Of a DNA stretch of 64,000 nucleotides, positions 12,640-25,190 are shown piece after piece (within the stretch, counting starts at the first letter, position 1; every line of letters starts with the position of its first letter). The DNA is taken from assembly GCA_028534125.1 (NCBI GenBank), contig CM052818.1, positions 47,246,001 to 47,310,000 of the forward strand, given 5' to 3'. This DNA is from Lama glama. Its lineage: Eukaryota. The notes beneath the pieces were generated by a model. It was not told where the DNA came from and made no database searches. It saw only the letters and a list, made by a program, of their open reading frames with translations. Both the position numbers and the translations under genes were made by a program.

Positions 12640-13275
12640 CACTTTCTTTTTCACTGTAAAAAGTATACATAACACAAAATTTACCATTTTAAGAGCATGG
12701 TTTGTCGGCATTAGGTACAGTCACACTGGTGTGCAGCCATCACCCTCATCCACCTCCAGAACTTTTCATCTTCCCAAACTGAAACTCTGTCCCCATTAAA
12801 CGCTAATATCCCACTGTCCCCTCCCCTCAGCCCCTGGTCAGTCCTACTTTCTGTCTCCATGAATCTGACCGCTCTAAACACTTCACATAAGTGGAATGAC
12901 ACAGCGTTTGTCCTTTTGTGACTGGCTTCTTTCACTTAGCAGAATGTCTTCAAGGTTCTTCCATATCATAGCCTGTGTCAGATTTCATGCTTTTTTGAGG
13001 CTGACTAACATTCCATCGTGGATACATACCACATTTTGTGTATCTGTTCATCTGTCGATGGATATTTGGGTTATTTTCATCTTTCGATTGGTGTGAAGAA
13101 TGCGGCTGCAAACATGGGCGTACAAGTATCTGTTCAAATCCCTGCTTTCAGTTCTCTTCAGTGTGTACCCAGGAGAGGAATTGTTGGATCATATGGTAAT
13201 TCTATTTACATTTTTGAGAACCTGCCACACTGCTTTCCGCAGTGGCTGAACCATTTTACATTCCTACCAGCAATG
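12640..13275 (-). mobile_element. L1 (L1MB-like) 3' end
   Basis: cataacacaaaatttaccattttaag...ccagaacttttcatcttcccaaactgaaactctgtccccattaaac, followed by antisense ORF2 C-terminus (ggaattgttggatcatatggtaattctatt). Confidence 0.9.
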
Positions 13276-13899
13276 TCCCATGTTTTGTTTACCGGTTGTA
13301 AAAACATTTATTTTTTTAAGGGTTTGGAAAATTTTGCACACATCCCTCCCCTATTCCATTTTCCCCACGTCGATTCCGTTCTTGCCCTTAAAGCACGATT
13401 CTTCTTGGCTGGTGGCAGAGTGTGGGGGACTATTCTGGAATAGAATTTCTGTAGTAGGAAAGAAAACACTCTAATGGCAAAGTACTTAGCGATTTTCAAA
13501 CGTTTTTCACAAATAGTATTTTATTTGATCTTCACAACACTGTGAAACAGACATCATTATGCTGATTTTTATCTTACAGGTAAGTTGGGGCTGGTTGGTG
13601 TATGTGGCTTACAATGTGCTGTGAAAGGAGTGAGGGTTAGAAGCTGAACACATCCACTTGGTTCTGCCGCTCTGACCTTAGACAAATACTATGACATTTT
13701 GGTGTGGTAAGTACCTATCTGTGCCCTGCGGCTGGGGTCCAGGCTTGAGCCAGCTCGGTATCTGTGCCACCAAGCCCACTTCATGGATTGAGTCATCTCT
13801 ATTTGCCATTATAGGCAGTAATTTGTGTTCACTTATTAAAAATTTAGTTTTTCTTATGTGAAAGAATTGTCCATATTCCCCCCCTAAAAGAGCCAACTG

Positions 13900-15140
13900 C
13901 TTGTGCATATGAGGAAAATTAAGAAAAAGTGAGACAAGCTAAGCCACTTAGGCATCTTCGCCAGAATATAAAAATGAGTAAATTAAAGAGAGAAATGAAT
14001 TCAGCGGTGGCTCATATCTGAGGAATGAACAAGTTCACCAATTTCTCCCTACAGAAATGAGAAAAAGACATTTGTGAAACTGTGGTAAGTGATCCAGCCA
14101 GTGAAAAAATTGCTCATCAAGTGAGAGATAAGACTTAAGTGAAAACTGAAAAGGGGGTTAATGTGTAGAGTGAGAATATGCACAGGAAACACAAGACTTT
14201 TGATGGAAATGAGACTCGGCAGGAAGCCCAGATCCTGTACAAACATTTCCACGAAGCAACAGATGGGGAAGACTCCAGTGTGTCTCCTCAACCAGCTCTG
14301 CTGTGAGTGAAGTTGACTGGGAAGCTTGAAGATGCGTTTGTTTCTTGGATGATACAAAGTCAGTGGGAGACATGGCACCCGGGTACTTCCTGGTTGATGA
14401 CCAGTGTTCTTCTCCAACCAAAAACACCGCACACGGGAAGCATGGTAGACCAGAACAGGACTCCAACACTGGTTTAAAAACCTCGATTGGAGTTGAAGTG
14501 TCATCGTGAACAAAGAAAGCCATGAGGAAAGCAAACACTAAGACTAAAGGCAGCCAAAGACAGGCTTTGAGACTTCGGGGGTGTGGTGTCTTGACGATTG
14601 AGCCAACTTCGCTCTACCACTCTTCAGACCCCAAGGCACTTAGAATCAAAGACGAGAACTTCCTGTCCATGTCATAACAAGGCTCAGCAAACTACGTGGG
14701 GAACAGGGCGCACTTCCTCTTGCACAGGACAACCGTTTTGTCAACGTGGAATTCGGGTGTCTAAGGGCTCGGGACCCTTGACTCATGTTACAGATGTGGA
14801 CGTGGAGACTAGAATCAGGCTGATGAAGGAGGACTGGGTCGTGCTTCCATTACAGATCAATTCGACTCCAAGTCAGTGTTCTTGCCAGTATTCTCTGCCA
14901 ACTTTCTGGAGTTGGGTCTGACAAACATACTTCTCCAAAATTTGAAATCAAGGCTGAGGAGCGGGCAGGTGTGGAGCCCTTTTCTGGCTCCTTTCAGTCC
15001 ATTCCTCTCCCGTCAAGTGCTGGGGAGCAGGAGGGAGCTGGCAAAATGGGACATCCACCTGGGCACATCACGTCTCCGAGAGCAAACTCCCATGATGTGA
15101 TGAGCTCCACTTTGATTTTATATGTTTTAAAGATATTTTT
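13900..15140 (+). mobile_element. Putative ancient CR1/L3-type LINE, linker and RT N-terminal relic (probably continues 12000-12470)
   Basis: Collinear motifs: EKVRQAK...NIK (13923-13973), QEAQILYKHF...ED (14220-14273), LDDTKSVGDM..HP/RVL (14345-14388), DWS*SVIVNKK (14485-14517), and weaker NILLQNLKS near 14925. Confidence 0.55.
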
Positions 15141-16271
15141 CTATCAATACTGTTCACAATTTAATTACAATAATTAACATAGTTTTCCAATATTATTTTT
15201 GCATTTGATTATATGCCTAAAAGTGTTGCAGCTGTGTTTACCTATATGCCTTTTGTCTTAGGCTTCATTTAAAATGAGAAATAAATATCATTTTTATATA
15301 TAGCTTTCTAGTTGCTTTGTGAACTATTTTCATAATACCCCAATTTAGCCACATACATCCTCTGGTGTGTTCAGATCTCTCCAATTAGGGTACAAATGGG
15401 ACAGGAATCAGGGGACGGCGTCAGTTTCCTGGCTTTCGCAAGGGATGCTTCCAAGTGCTAGGAAAAATAAATATATTTTTCTTCATAAAAACAATGTAGA
15501 TAATTTGTAGTCATATTTGGCTACCCATCGCTTTGCAGGCAAAATGGAACAAAACAAAATCCTTTTTGGCTACTCTACCTCAGAGGAGGGAAAAAGAAAA
15601 AAAGTTGCTGACCAGAAGCCAATTTCATCTTGACTGTTCAGGAAAAAAAAGAAAGAAAGAAAGAAAAAAAAAAGCCGTTTAAAGACCACATGGCACAATT
15701 AAACAGCAGAGCGGAGCATCAAGCGGCTTCTCAGCTTGGAGTCTGGGTTTGGGCTGAAACGCGTTGGTGGTCGATACGTAGCAGGAGGAGAGCTGAGACC
15801 ACATCTGTCAACTCAGCTTACGTCCCAGACCCGAACTGACACCTGTCAGTACCTGAGACTAACGACAGAAGGCCGGGTCCTGAGCGCAGGGAAATACTAG
15901 TTTGAATTTAGACACGCGTGGAGAACTTTGAACACGGTCGTAGCTGACTGTGGTTATTTCAGCAAAGGCTGAAGAGAAGACTGCAGCATCGAAGTGGGAA
16001 AGCCAGTCACGCGCCCGCGAAACACACCTAAATGCATTTGCGAGGAAGCCTGGATGGGAGAGTATTTGTTTTCAATCCAGCTTAGTATTTCCAAAAGGTG
16101 TCATGCGTATGTCCCAGTTTTTGCAGGATGATTTTAGGTAATACTGTGATGGAATGGGACACACAGGTAGGGCTGGTTTGGGCTGTTGGTTATACAGGTT
16201 GGAGTTGGGAGGAAGGAAGAAAAGGGCTGAAGAGGGAGCCAGGAAGGTGGGAGAGGCCGGCTGTACACACA

Positions 16272-16273
<2 letters not shown>

Positions 16274-16314
<41 letters not shown>
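16274..16314 (+). repeat. (CA)~20 microsatellite
   Basis: Direct reading. Confidence 0.97.
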
Positions 16315-16316
<2 letters not shown>

Positions 16317-16575
16317 GGCTCGTAGGCACCCCTGCGCACCAGCAGCTCAGTCAAGGTGTGACTGTGGCACCTTGAACCAGCAGTGCCAGGAAACCCCTCA
16401 TCTGCACATTCTAGAGGCCCTGGTGCCTGAATAGGGCCTCCCGGCCAATTTAAGTCCCAGTGGAGGGGACATGACACTAGTTGTTCTTAGGATGATGGGG
16501 GGTAGCTGCAGCTTCTAATTCCAATTTAGAAGATAAAGAGATAGTTCTGGAATTCAACATTCCAAGGCTCAATTT

Positions 16576-16850
16576 TTTTAATTTTAATTTCAATTTTTAC
16601 TGAAGTATAGTCGGTTTACAATGTTGTGTTATTTCTAGTGTGTAGCATAGTGATTCAGTTATCTATATATATAATATATATATATATTCCTTTTTATATT
16701 TTTTTCATTATAGGCCATTACATGGCACTGAATACATTCCCCTGTGCTCTACAGTAGGACCTTGTTGTTTATCTATTTTATATGCAGTCGTTAGTATCTG
16801 GAAATCAAGAACTCCCAATTCACCCCTCCCCCCGACCCCTGCTTTTCTTC
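16576..16850 (-). mobile_element. 5'-truncated cetartiodactyl/camelid L1 3' end with probable TSD
   Basis: T-rich tail then tgaagtatagtcggtttacaatgttgtg...ccctgtgctctacagtaggaccttgttgtttatc. Flanks are aggctcaattt (16565-16575) and aggctcagttt (16855-16865). Confidence 0.85.
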
Positions 16851-17649
16851 CCTGAGGCTCAGTTTGATGCTGGTACCTAGACTGCAGCTTCCTGGCTGTA
16901 GACCCCAGGCTCGTCAGAGTAGCTTCTTGAAACTCAGATTCTTAGCTGAGTCGTGGGGACCCCAGTTTGTTGGATAGAATGGGAATGAAATGGTGCAGTG
17001 TGCGTAGATTGTCTGGAATGGCAACTCAGGCTCAGGAAATGGCAGCTAGTCTAATTGTAATTGTCCATCAGATAAGTACACCCAGACCGTGGGAGTGAGT
17101 TCTCTGGGACATTCACGCATTCAATCAAATTGTTGATCAACGTGCTTCATGTTTATAAACTCCTATAAAGGAGCTGAGAACTACCTTGAACATCATGAAA
17201 AGATGGTTGACAGGCTTAAGGTGTGATGTTCATCGGTCTTTTCTCAAGTCAGATGAGGACAGCGAATGCTGGACCAGTCATTTCTTTTTTCTCCCTTTTT
17301 GGACTCGACCACGTAAACATAGAAATGAACAAACTCAGGAGAAGATGTGATCTTGTGGGGTGTGCAAAAGTCTTCCTGAGTAAAAGTTGATTGGACAACT
17401 CACTTTGTTTGGAATAAAACAATGAACTCTCAACGTTTAACAGCGTCAGAGGAATATTCTACCCTTCCAGCCACACTGGGTAACCTAACTTGTGCTGATG
17501 AGCTAAAACTCAGCGAACTGTCTTGTTGACATAGACCCCTAATGTGTCCAACTGCATACATCCTTTACCTAGCTGTTCAAAAATATCCCTGTCTTTCTCA
17601 TTAAGTAACTCACTTTCAGGCAATCATTTTTAAAAAGTTTAGTTTTTAT

Positions 17650-17890
17650 TATATTTGCTTTATATCATCCATTATTTAGTTGCACAATCTCCTTTGAAGC
17701 TGAATAATCTTTTGCATTGGCCTTTGTAGTTCCTTCTCATTTTTTGCAATGGCTTAAGCTTTTAAAATACATTTATATGAGAATGAAGGCGAGTTGATTT
17801 AAAGAAAAATAGTCTGTAAATATAAGTATGCACAAATTCTGCAAAACTGAGAAGTATGCTATAATAATTGCTAAAGTTTGGAAACAGTAA
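17650..17890 (-). mobile_element. hAT-Charlie non-autonomous element (MER113-like)
   Basis: gagttgatttaaagaaaaatag...gctaaagtttggaaacagt resembles the MER113 terminus. Confidence 0.45.
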
Positions 17891-17929
17891 TCAAAGATAT
17901 AACATACACTAATGATTCTACAGAAAGCT

Positions 17930-19050
17930 CTGCATATTATTTTTTATTCAATTTATGTCTTAGCTAATACATTCCCATTTTAATACATAGAGTTTAACAG
18001 GATTGTCTATTCTCCACAAATTAACAAATAATGCATACACGTGCTTCCAGTCAGACTCTTTTTATGTAAGAATGATGGAACTATGCTCATTGCTTGTAAT
18101 TTGCATTTTTCATTTATACTAAATCTGAGACACTCTTCATGTTAGTAAACATCTTGCTTAATCTTTAAATACCTACATCATACTCTTTAATGTAGATATA
18201 GTATAATTTATCTCGTTAACTCCTTTTTGATGTGCATTATAGTTCCAATTTGGAAATACTGCAGATAATGTTCCATTGAATATTATTATAAAATTTGTGC
18301 ATATGGTTAAATATTTCTTTGTGAGGGGTTCTTAGAAGTGGAATTGCTGAGTTAAAGGTTTTTTGTTTAATTGATCAATAAATTTAAATTGTCTTCAAGA
18401 GTTTTTTTTCTGTTTACAGCATCTAACACTACATGACATGGTCTGGTTTTTCACCTTTGTCTTTATAACTCTTCCCCGAATATTTTATCAGTTTAAAGAA
18501 TGAAAATAATATAGTCTTAGCCTTTTATTTCCTTGATTATAAGGAAGATGGACCTCTGTAAATTTCCTTATTATCTATTTGGGTTTCTTCATCTGTAACG
18601 TGTCCGTTCTTATCCTTTCCCCATCATTATTTTACATTTATTAAGTGCTTATTCTTACTTGATACCGAATTTCTTTTTAGGTTTTCTCGATATGCATCAT
18701 GTGCACGTGTGTGTGTGTGCGCGCACGTGTGCATGTGCACACAGGTATGTAGCAAAGATGTTGCTGCCATTGGAAAACTTTTTTGATCTTTAATATATCT
18801 TTTTCCATCAGAAAATTTCACATTTTATGTAGTTATGCCGGTCATTCTTTTTCTTTAATATCTGAACTTGGCACCTTGTATAAAAATCCTTGTCTTATCA
18901 AAATATTATTAAAAAATAGGCTCCTATATTTTCCTTTAATAATTTTTCTTACAATTTCACCAGGCCTTTATTTTTGTATTATATGGAAGAAGGTGAACTC
19001 CATTTTACTCTAAATTTTTCAACACCCTCTTTTCCTTACCTAGTTTATCC
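17930..19050 (-). mobile_element. Old L1 (L1ME-like) 3' region
   Basis: AT-rich, with antisense L1 hallmarks ttagaagtggaattgctgagttaaagg and ttcttcatctgtaacgtgtccgttcttatcctttccccat. Confidence 0.7.
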
Positions 19051-19089
19051 TTTCCCGCTGATTGAGATTCAAGACATAACTGCTGTGCT

Positions 19090-19500
19090 AGTAAAGACAG
19101 GTCTGGCCGCACTATGGCAATACCGCAACACCAAGATCTCAGCTGCTGCACATGGCGATGTTTTTGTTCTCCTCTCACTTGTACCAATGTCCTTGGAAGG
19201 CACCGCTGACCCGACTCAACGTAGTTGCTGGGGAGCCGGGCTGATGTAGCCTCTGCCTTCTTGCAGCCGCACAGTGGGGACGCGTGGCCTCCATGGTCAC
19301 AGGTCACAGCACACCGTGTGGGTGAGAGTGGGGATCTGGGAGCTCTTCTTGGCTCAGCCTGGGGGCGGCCTTGGGGGTTCTTTCCACTCATATATTGGCC
19401 AGAATTAGCCTGAGGGCATGGCCTAAGGTTGAGGAGATAGGAAGGAAAAGGTGGGGCTCACTTTTCCTCCAGATCCAATCTGTCCTCTTCCTAGTGCTGG
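19090..19500 (-). mobile_element. MaLR LTR (MLT1K/L-like)
   Basis: tgtgctagtaaagacaggtctgg...caccaagatctcagctgct...gggctgatgtagcctctgcc...attggccagaattag. Confidence 0.55.
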
Positions 19501-19934
19501 ACAGGGTCACGTTCTGACAGTGAGGGAAGCTGCCTTCTCCAAGCCTCTTTGGTTCTTGAGTTTTAAAAACAGTTAGAGAGGATTCAGATAGCATGGGGCC
19601 ATCCAAAAATTGGTCTGAATTTATTCAGTTTTTTGAATTTAGAATCCAAGTGGGAGAGCAGGGACACCTATGTTTGATGAGGCTTGCCACAGTTATGTAC
19701 AAAAAGAATAAATGTATGCAATTAAAACCAAATAAAGCTCCTTGTAAATACAATCATTAGCTGTGCCCACACTTTGATAAACTCTTACTTTCATTTAAAA
19801 TTTTTAATTGTTGCATTTAAAATTTCTAATAGTTCACTGTAATCTTATTTGCTCAAATTACATTTGAATCTTTATGTTTTGTCCAACTATTAAAGATTTT
19901 TTACATGGCATTGTGAAACCTACTAAACTTCTTT

Positions 19935-20050
19935 GTATCTTGGTCCTCACATCTGTAAAATGGGGATACTAATAATGTATCTGTATCAGAATAGCATTGT
20001 GCACATTAGATGAGTTAATAAACATAAGGAACTTGACACATAGTATTACA
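19935..20050 (+). mobile_element. MIR SINE remnant
   Basis: cctcacatctgtaaaatggggatactaataatgtatct...attagatgagttaata. Confidence 0.8.
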
Positions 20051-20151
20051 TAAGTATAGAATATATATAGAAAATATATATAATTATTATAATAGTTTCA
20101 TGGTTGATCATTTAAAAAATTCTAGGTGGGAAACCATGTTGTTCAAAATTG

Positions 20152-20570
20152 GTGCCTCAGACTAGGTTTTCCAGCAGCAGATCCTGACACAGGATTTCTA
20201 GAGAAGGCATGTTCTCAGGTGACACCAGGGCAGGGAAAGGAGCTGGGCGAAGATGGGACTCGGCCGTGGTCCAGCCTCAGTCTGATCCCTCAGGACCTGT
20301 GGGTGGTGAACAGCACCATAGTGTCGTGTGACCTGGAAGCAGAGAGCCTTTGACACCCTGTCAGTCAGTCAGTGGCTGCATCCTGACCCAGATACAAGGC
20401 AGAATCCTCAAGGCATTTCTGAGCACGTGGCTTTCCTTCCACCGAGGACAGTTCTCAGGAGACCCGGGGCAGCTGCAAACCCTGGGAAACCAATGCTCAT
20501 AGTAAGTGGTTGGGGGTCGGAGTGCCTGGTTGGACAGGAGACTTGGGGCACCAACAGCATTGCTTGCACA
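20152..20570 (-). mobile_element. ERVL LTR (LTR16C-like)
   Basis: Starts tgcctcagactaggttttccagcagcagatcctgacacaggattt and ends ggggcaccaacagcattgcttgcaca, as in reverse-complement LTR16. Confidence 0.65.
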
Positions 20571-20799
20571 AGGTTCTCAAATCTTAGCACCTGTCGGAAC
20601 ACCCTCCCTCCCCCCAACAAGTGCTTGTAATAACACAAATTGTTTCCCAATCTGAGAGTTTCCCTTGATTCAGGTTGGGATGGCGCCTGACAGTTTGCCG
20701 TCTGACAAATTGACACCTCTGGTACTCTGGTCACACTTTGAGAAAGATGCTTCTGTGTTTTTCCATCCTTTTTTTTTCTTATCTCGTTTATGGTTTGCA

Positions 20800-21620
20800 A
20801 GGTCTAGTTCCTGTGACCACGAGCATAGTTTTCTTGGTTCTATCCTTGATTGCATCTGATGATTCATCCTTCCTACGGTGTTGGTTGTGGTTAACTGGGA
20901 GATTCCTTTCAGCTGGTATAGAAAATTCCCTTCTGTTTCCAGTGAAAGCTGCTTACCAGGAAGAGGTGTTGAATTTATCAAGTGTTTTTTCCCATAACTG
21001 TAGTGATTATCATGTTTCTTTTTTCCTGTTTATTCAGATTATCAGATATTGAAATTTCTTTAAAATTCTAGTTTAAACCTTGCTTGTTTATATGATGTTT
21101 TAGTCTTTAAATATATTGATTAATCTGATTTATTAATATGTATTTTAAGGCTACAAGTACATAAGTGGCAACAACTTACTGCTTTGTTTTCATTGTTTGT
21201 CTTTCCTTCCTCCCTTCATTTATCTTGCTCTCCTTTCTTTCTGTTGGTTTCAAAATGACGCTAGCTTCATAGAATGAATTGAGATTTCACACACCATTCT
21301 CTATGCCATGGAATATTTTGCATAATATAAAAATGACTTGTTCCTTGAATGTTTGGTAAATTTACCTTATGAAACAGTGTAGGTTTGGTGTCTCTTTGAG
21401 ATACTGATTAATTTTTGAATGTCATATCAACTTTTCACTGCAGAAATAGACCCCACTTGGTCATGATGAATTCTCCTCTCTATCTATCAATTGCTAGGTT
21501 TAATTTGCTATTATTCTGTTAAAGCTCTTTGAGTCAGTGTTTATGAGGGGTATTTGTCTGCCATTTCATTTTCTTGTATTGTCACTGACAGATTTTGATA
21601 TCACACTTACTTGTCTCTTT
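20800..21620 (-). mobile_element. Old L1 (L1M/L1ME) ORF2 remnant
   Basis: ggtgttgaatttatcaag; gctagcttcatagaatgaattgag; gaaatagaccccacttggtcatgatg. Confidence 0.75.
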
Positions 21621-22209
21621 AATTTGGCATTTTTTTAGCCCAGATTCTAAAATGCTTGGGGACTGAACATATTTTTTTCTCTGGATGCCTACCCAGATTC
21701 AGGCTTCCAATGAACTCTGGCTTTAGTGTTCTGCTCCATCATTTCACATGCATCCAGAAACGCTCACTGAGCTCCTACTATGCACCAGGCCCTGTTCTTG
21801 GCACTTGTCAGAAGCAGCAGGGAAAATTCAGAATGAAAATCAAACCAAATCATCACTCAAGAAGTTAATATCTCAATGATAGTTTAAACGGCTCTTTGCC
21901 AGCGTACTTGGTGGTGCCCTGGCTCAGGGATTTTGTGTTCTGTTGAATGGGTGTGGTCCTCATTCGTACCATCTGTGCCATCCCACACCCCCACTTCCAT
22001 TTGAGCCCCTAGCTTTGGAAACAGGACTACCTCTTGTCCTCCCACCATTGTGTGTGTCTGCCCGGCTCTTCTCTCTGCTTCCATGTTCCTCTCACCCAAG
22101 GTCTCAGTGCTAAAGGGGAACCCAAGGGTTGACCTAGAGAGGGCCAATCCAAGCACTTAGATAAGTTAGGAAAGAATGTTCCCAACCCTGACAGCTGGAT
22201 AGTTCATAA

Positions 22210-23290
22210 TGACTTATTAATTCATCCAACAAATCTGTACTGTCAACTATATGCTAGATCTAATACTAGTATATATTGTAGTAAATCCTTGGAAACTGAT
22301 TATAGTTAAGAGGGGAAATAGCCATGCTTTCCTAGAGCGTATAGTCCATTGGGACAAGATAACGATCAAGAAACATACTGCTTGTAATAATGCCAGGTGG
22401 CTTGAGACAATAACACCGACCAATTGTGATGAAGAAGCCTAGGAACCAGGACCAACATCCGCAGATGATCGTGGAAGACCTCCAGAGCTGGCATTGTATT
22501 TGAGACCTGAAGAGTCAGAAGAACAAGTTTACTCAGACACCTGGGAGAAGAGATTCCCGATGGAGCAAGCAGAAAAGGCTTGCTGTGGGAACAAGTGTGG
22601 TGAGTTACTGGGACAGGAATGAGGCGAGGGTGGTGGCGCATGGGGCAAAGTGGGGGGAGTGTGAGGTGAGGACACAGCATAGGCAGGGCTTTGCAGTCAC
22701 GGTGAAGACTTTGGAATGATGTCTAAGTATTGGAAACCATTGAAGGGAATTAAGCAAGAACGTAAGCTGAGGTCCTCCTTAGACATTGTAAAGGATCATT
22801 CTGACTGCTGTGCTGAATGAATGAAGGGGATTCTGGAAACAGAGTCAGAGAAACTAGTTAGTGGCAATAATAGCATTCCAGGTGATTGAGAGCATCACGG
22901 CTTGATCTAGAGTGGTTTCAGTAAATAGAGACAGACACACTTGTGGTGGGATATATATTTGGAACCAGAACCAGTAGAATCAGATGATGATTATACCTGA
23001 GGTATGGGAAATAATGAAGAATTTTAAATGACTCCTACGTTGTTTGAGCAACTGCATTGATGAAGGTACCATATATTGCAATGTGGAAGACTCAGGGAGG
23101 TACAGATTTGATGGTTGCGTGGAAGATTGGGAGCTCTATTTTGAAAATGTTAAGTTTCAAGACCTATTAGACACTCAAGTGTGTAGTGTATGTCAAGTAG
23201 GCAATTATGTTCACAAGTCTGGAATACAGGGGGCAAGTCAGAGCTGGGATGTAATTTTGAGTTATCAAGGAGATGATATTAAGTACTAGA
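22210..23290 (-). mobile_element. L2 LINE
   Basis: ttcatccaacaaat tail; gggaagccattgaaggg-like and aaggatcattctgactgctgtg; aatgttaagtttcaagacctattagacactcaagt. Confidence 0.8.
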
Positions 23291-23519
23291 CTTGCAGTGC
23301 ACTCCTTAAGTATAATCAAAATTGTTCTTGAAATTCTCCATGAAAGATGCCTTACTTAGACTGACATACCGCCTTTTATTAAGTCCAGCATAGCCAGATT
23401 TTCCTTCTGTATTGGAGCATTTAAATGTTTTTAGCTATTTTTTGGTGAGGTCACTGGCTTGTGCTTAGTGACCATGTTGAAGGAAAAAATATGTGAACTA
23501 AGACATTATAATCACATCT

Positions 23520-23690
23520 AGCACGAAAGTCAAATAGACATCTCAAACTAAATATGTCCAAAATAGAATTCATGATTCATGATAAAACTCTTAACAAATA
23601 TGTTGCAATACAATGAGTTCATCTTAGTAAATGGTACCTCTATCCACCTTGTGGCTCAAACAACCAATCTAAGAATAATTGTCTCTATGA
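23520..23690 (+). mobile_element. L2 fragment
   Basis: tagacatctcaaactaaatatgtccaaaatagaattc...catcttagtaaatggtacctctatccacc. Confidence 0.7.
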
Positions 23691-23759
23691 GAGATTCAAT
23701 TAAAGGACCATTGCAGACTTTATTTCCTCTTCCTCTTAGTTGGGGCATAAACAGGCAGA

Positions 23760-24333
23760 TGCAGCAGCCAGCCTTCAACCTGGCTCCCAGTGATCCCCCT
23801 CCAGCGTTCACACACTTGTGCCATCCCTTCCCACACTGCACCAGGGTTGTCCGTGTTACCAAATAGAAAAAGGAGAACTGATGGTATGTCACTCCTGAGA
23901 TCAGGTTAGAAAGACCCTAGCCACCATCTAGAGCTCTCTCTCTCTTGGATAACCAGTCTTATCAACTAACCTTGGATCTCATTCTGCTCTGGGAAAGACA
24001 TCCACCTTGTCTGGAGGGCACTCAGGTGGCTGCTGTGTAGAGAGACTCATAAGAAGAAAAACCAAGACTTTCAGCCAACAACGAGTGAGCAACTGAGGAC
24101 TCCAGCCCATGGCCGTGTCAATGAGCCCTCTTGAGGGTGGCTCCTCCAGCCCTTTCAAGGCTTTTGATGACACAGGTTTGGGCATCAGCTTGAATGCCAA
24201 CTCCTGAGAGATCCTGAGCCAGAACCGCCCCCTAACCAGGTTTCTGACCCTTAGAAACTGTGAGATGGTACGTGTCTGCTGTCTTAAGCCACTGTTTTGG
24301 GACAGTGTGTTATGCAGGAACATGTAACTGCTC
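23760..24333 (+). mobile_element. MaLR LTR (MLT1F-like), near full length
   Basis: tgatggtatgtcactcctgagatcaggtta...gagagatcctgagccagaacc...gaaactgtgagat...ttaagccactgttttggg...gttatgcagga. Confidence 0.85.
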
Positions 24334-24929
24334 CAGCAAGACAGGGTGCCAGGTTCCATGAGTTGTCTCTGACTCTGACTTGGTTTCTCTCGCTTTCTCA
24401 TCCTGTCTCTCCACTCAACTTGCCACATTTCCACCTGCACCACTGCTCCGCTATAACACTGTCTCTCTCTGCAGCCATCCGGTTACATCTGAAAAAGTTA
24501 AGCATTTCACTTATTTTCAGCTAAAGGATACCACACAATGCGTTAGAACAGGTCACTGACCACGTCCCCCCGACAGGGCTCAATGCCTCAGTTGCTTTTG
24601 TATCATGTTGGAAGAAAGAATGGCAAATGAATTCTCTTTACTTATAAAGTTCTTATGCATTTTTATTTCTTCAAAATTTGGGGTTATTTCTGAAAATTAG
24701 CTCTTTACTTCCAAAAGAAAGCATGGAATATGCCAACTGGAAAGGAAATTGGAAATTATTCAAAACGGTTTGCTCCTTTTTTTCCAGAGGGAGCCGCTGA
24801 TGTCAGAGTCAGGGAGTGAAGGACCAGCACTCACTCAGCAACTAGGTGGGAACAGGGATGAGAACTCAGATGCTCCAGTTTCACACTTTGACCCCCCTGC
24901 CCGAGTCCTGACCTGGGAGGTGGGAGACA

Positions 24930-25190
24930 TTATCATTGATGATACGATCTAACACTTAGAAGGAGCTCTCTATGTGTCAGAACCTTCCTAAGTGTATCCG
25001 ATTCAGGAGCTCACTCACGTGTCATAGTAACCCTGTTTGGTCTTATTATTCCCAGTTTGCAAATGAGAAAAAGAGACACAGTTAAGTGTCTCCGTGAAGG
25101 TTAAATGGCTTGGCAGAGTTTGCCCTCTTGGTAATTGGTGAGTCTGAGATTGGAGTGCAGGCATTCTGATTCCCAAGGCTATTCTCTCTG
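24930..25190 (-). mobile_element. MIR SINE
   Basis: ctctatgtgtcagaaccttcctaagtg...attattcccagtttgcaaatgagaaaa...gcaggcattctgattccc. Confidence 0.7.

Noticed and set aside
14049..14538. Overlapping 161-aa and 126-aa minus-strand ORFs
   Set aside because: No domain similarity. The region is better explained as the antisense of a decayed CR1-like ORF2.
4002..15140. The two CR1-like relics being one element
   Set aside because: The C-terminal piece lies upstream of the endonuclease/RT piece on the same strand, which is the wrong order, and the two differ in preservation.
16072..16477. ORFs with HT or VC repeats
   Set aside because: Translation of the (CA)n microsatellite.
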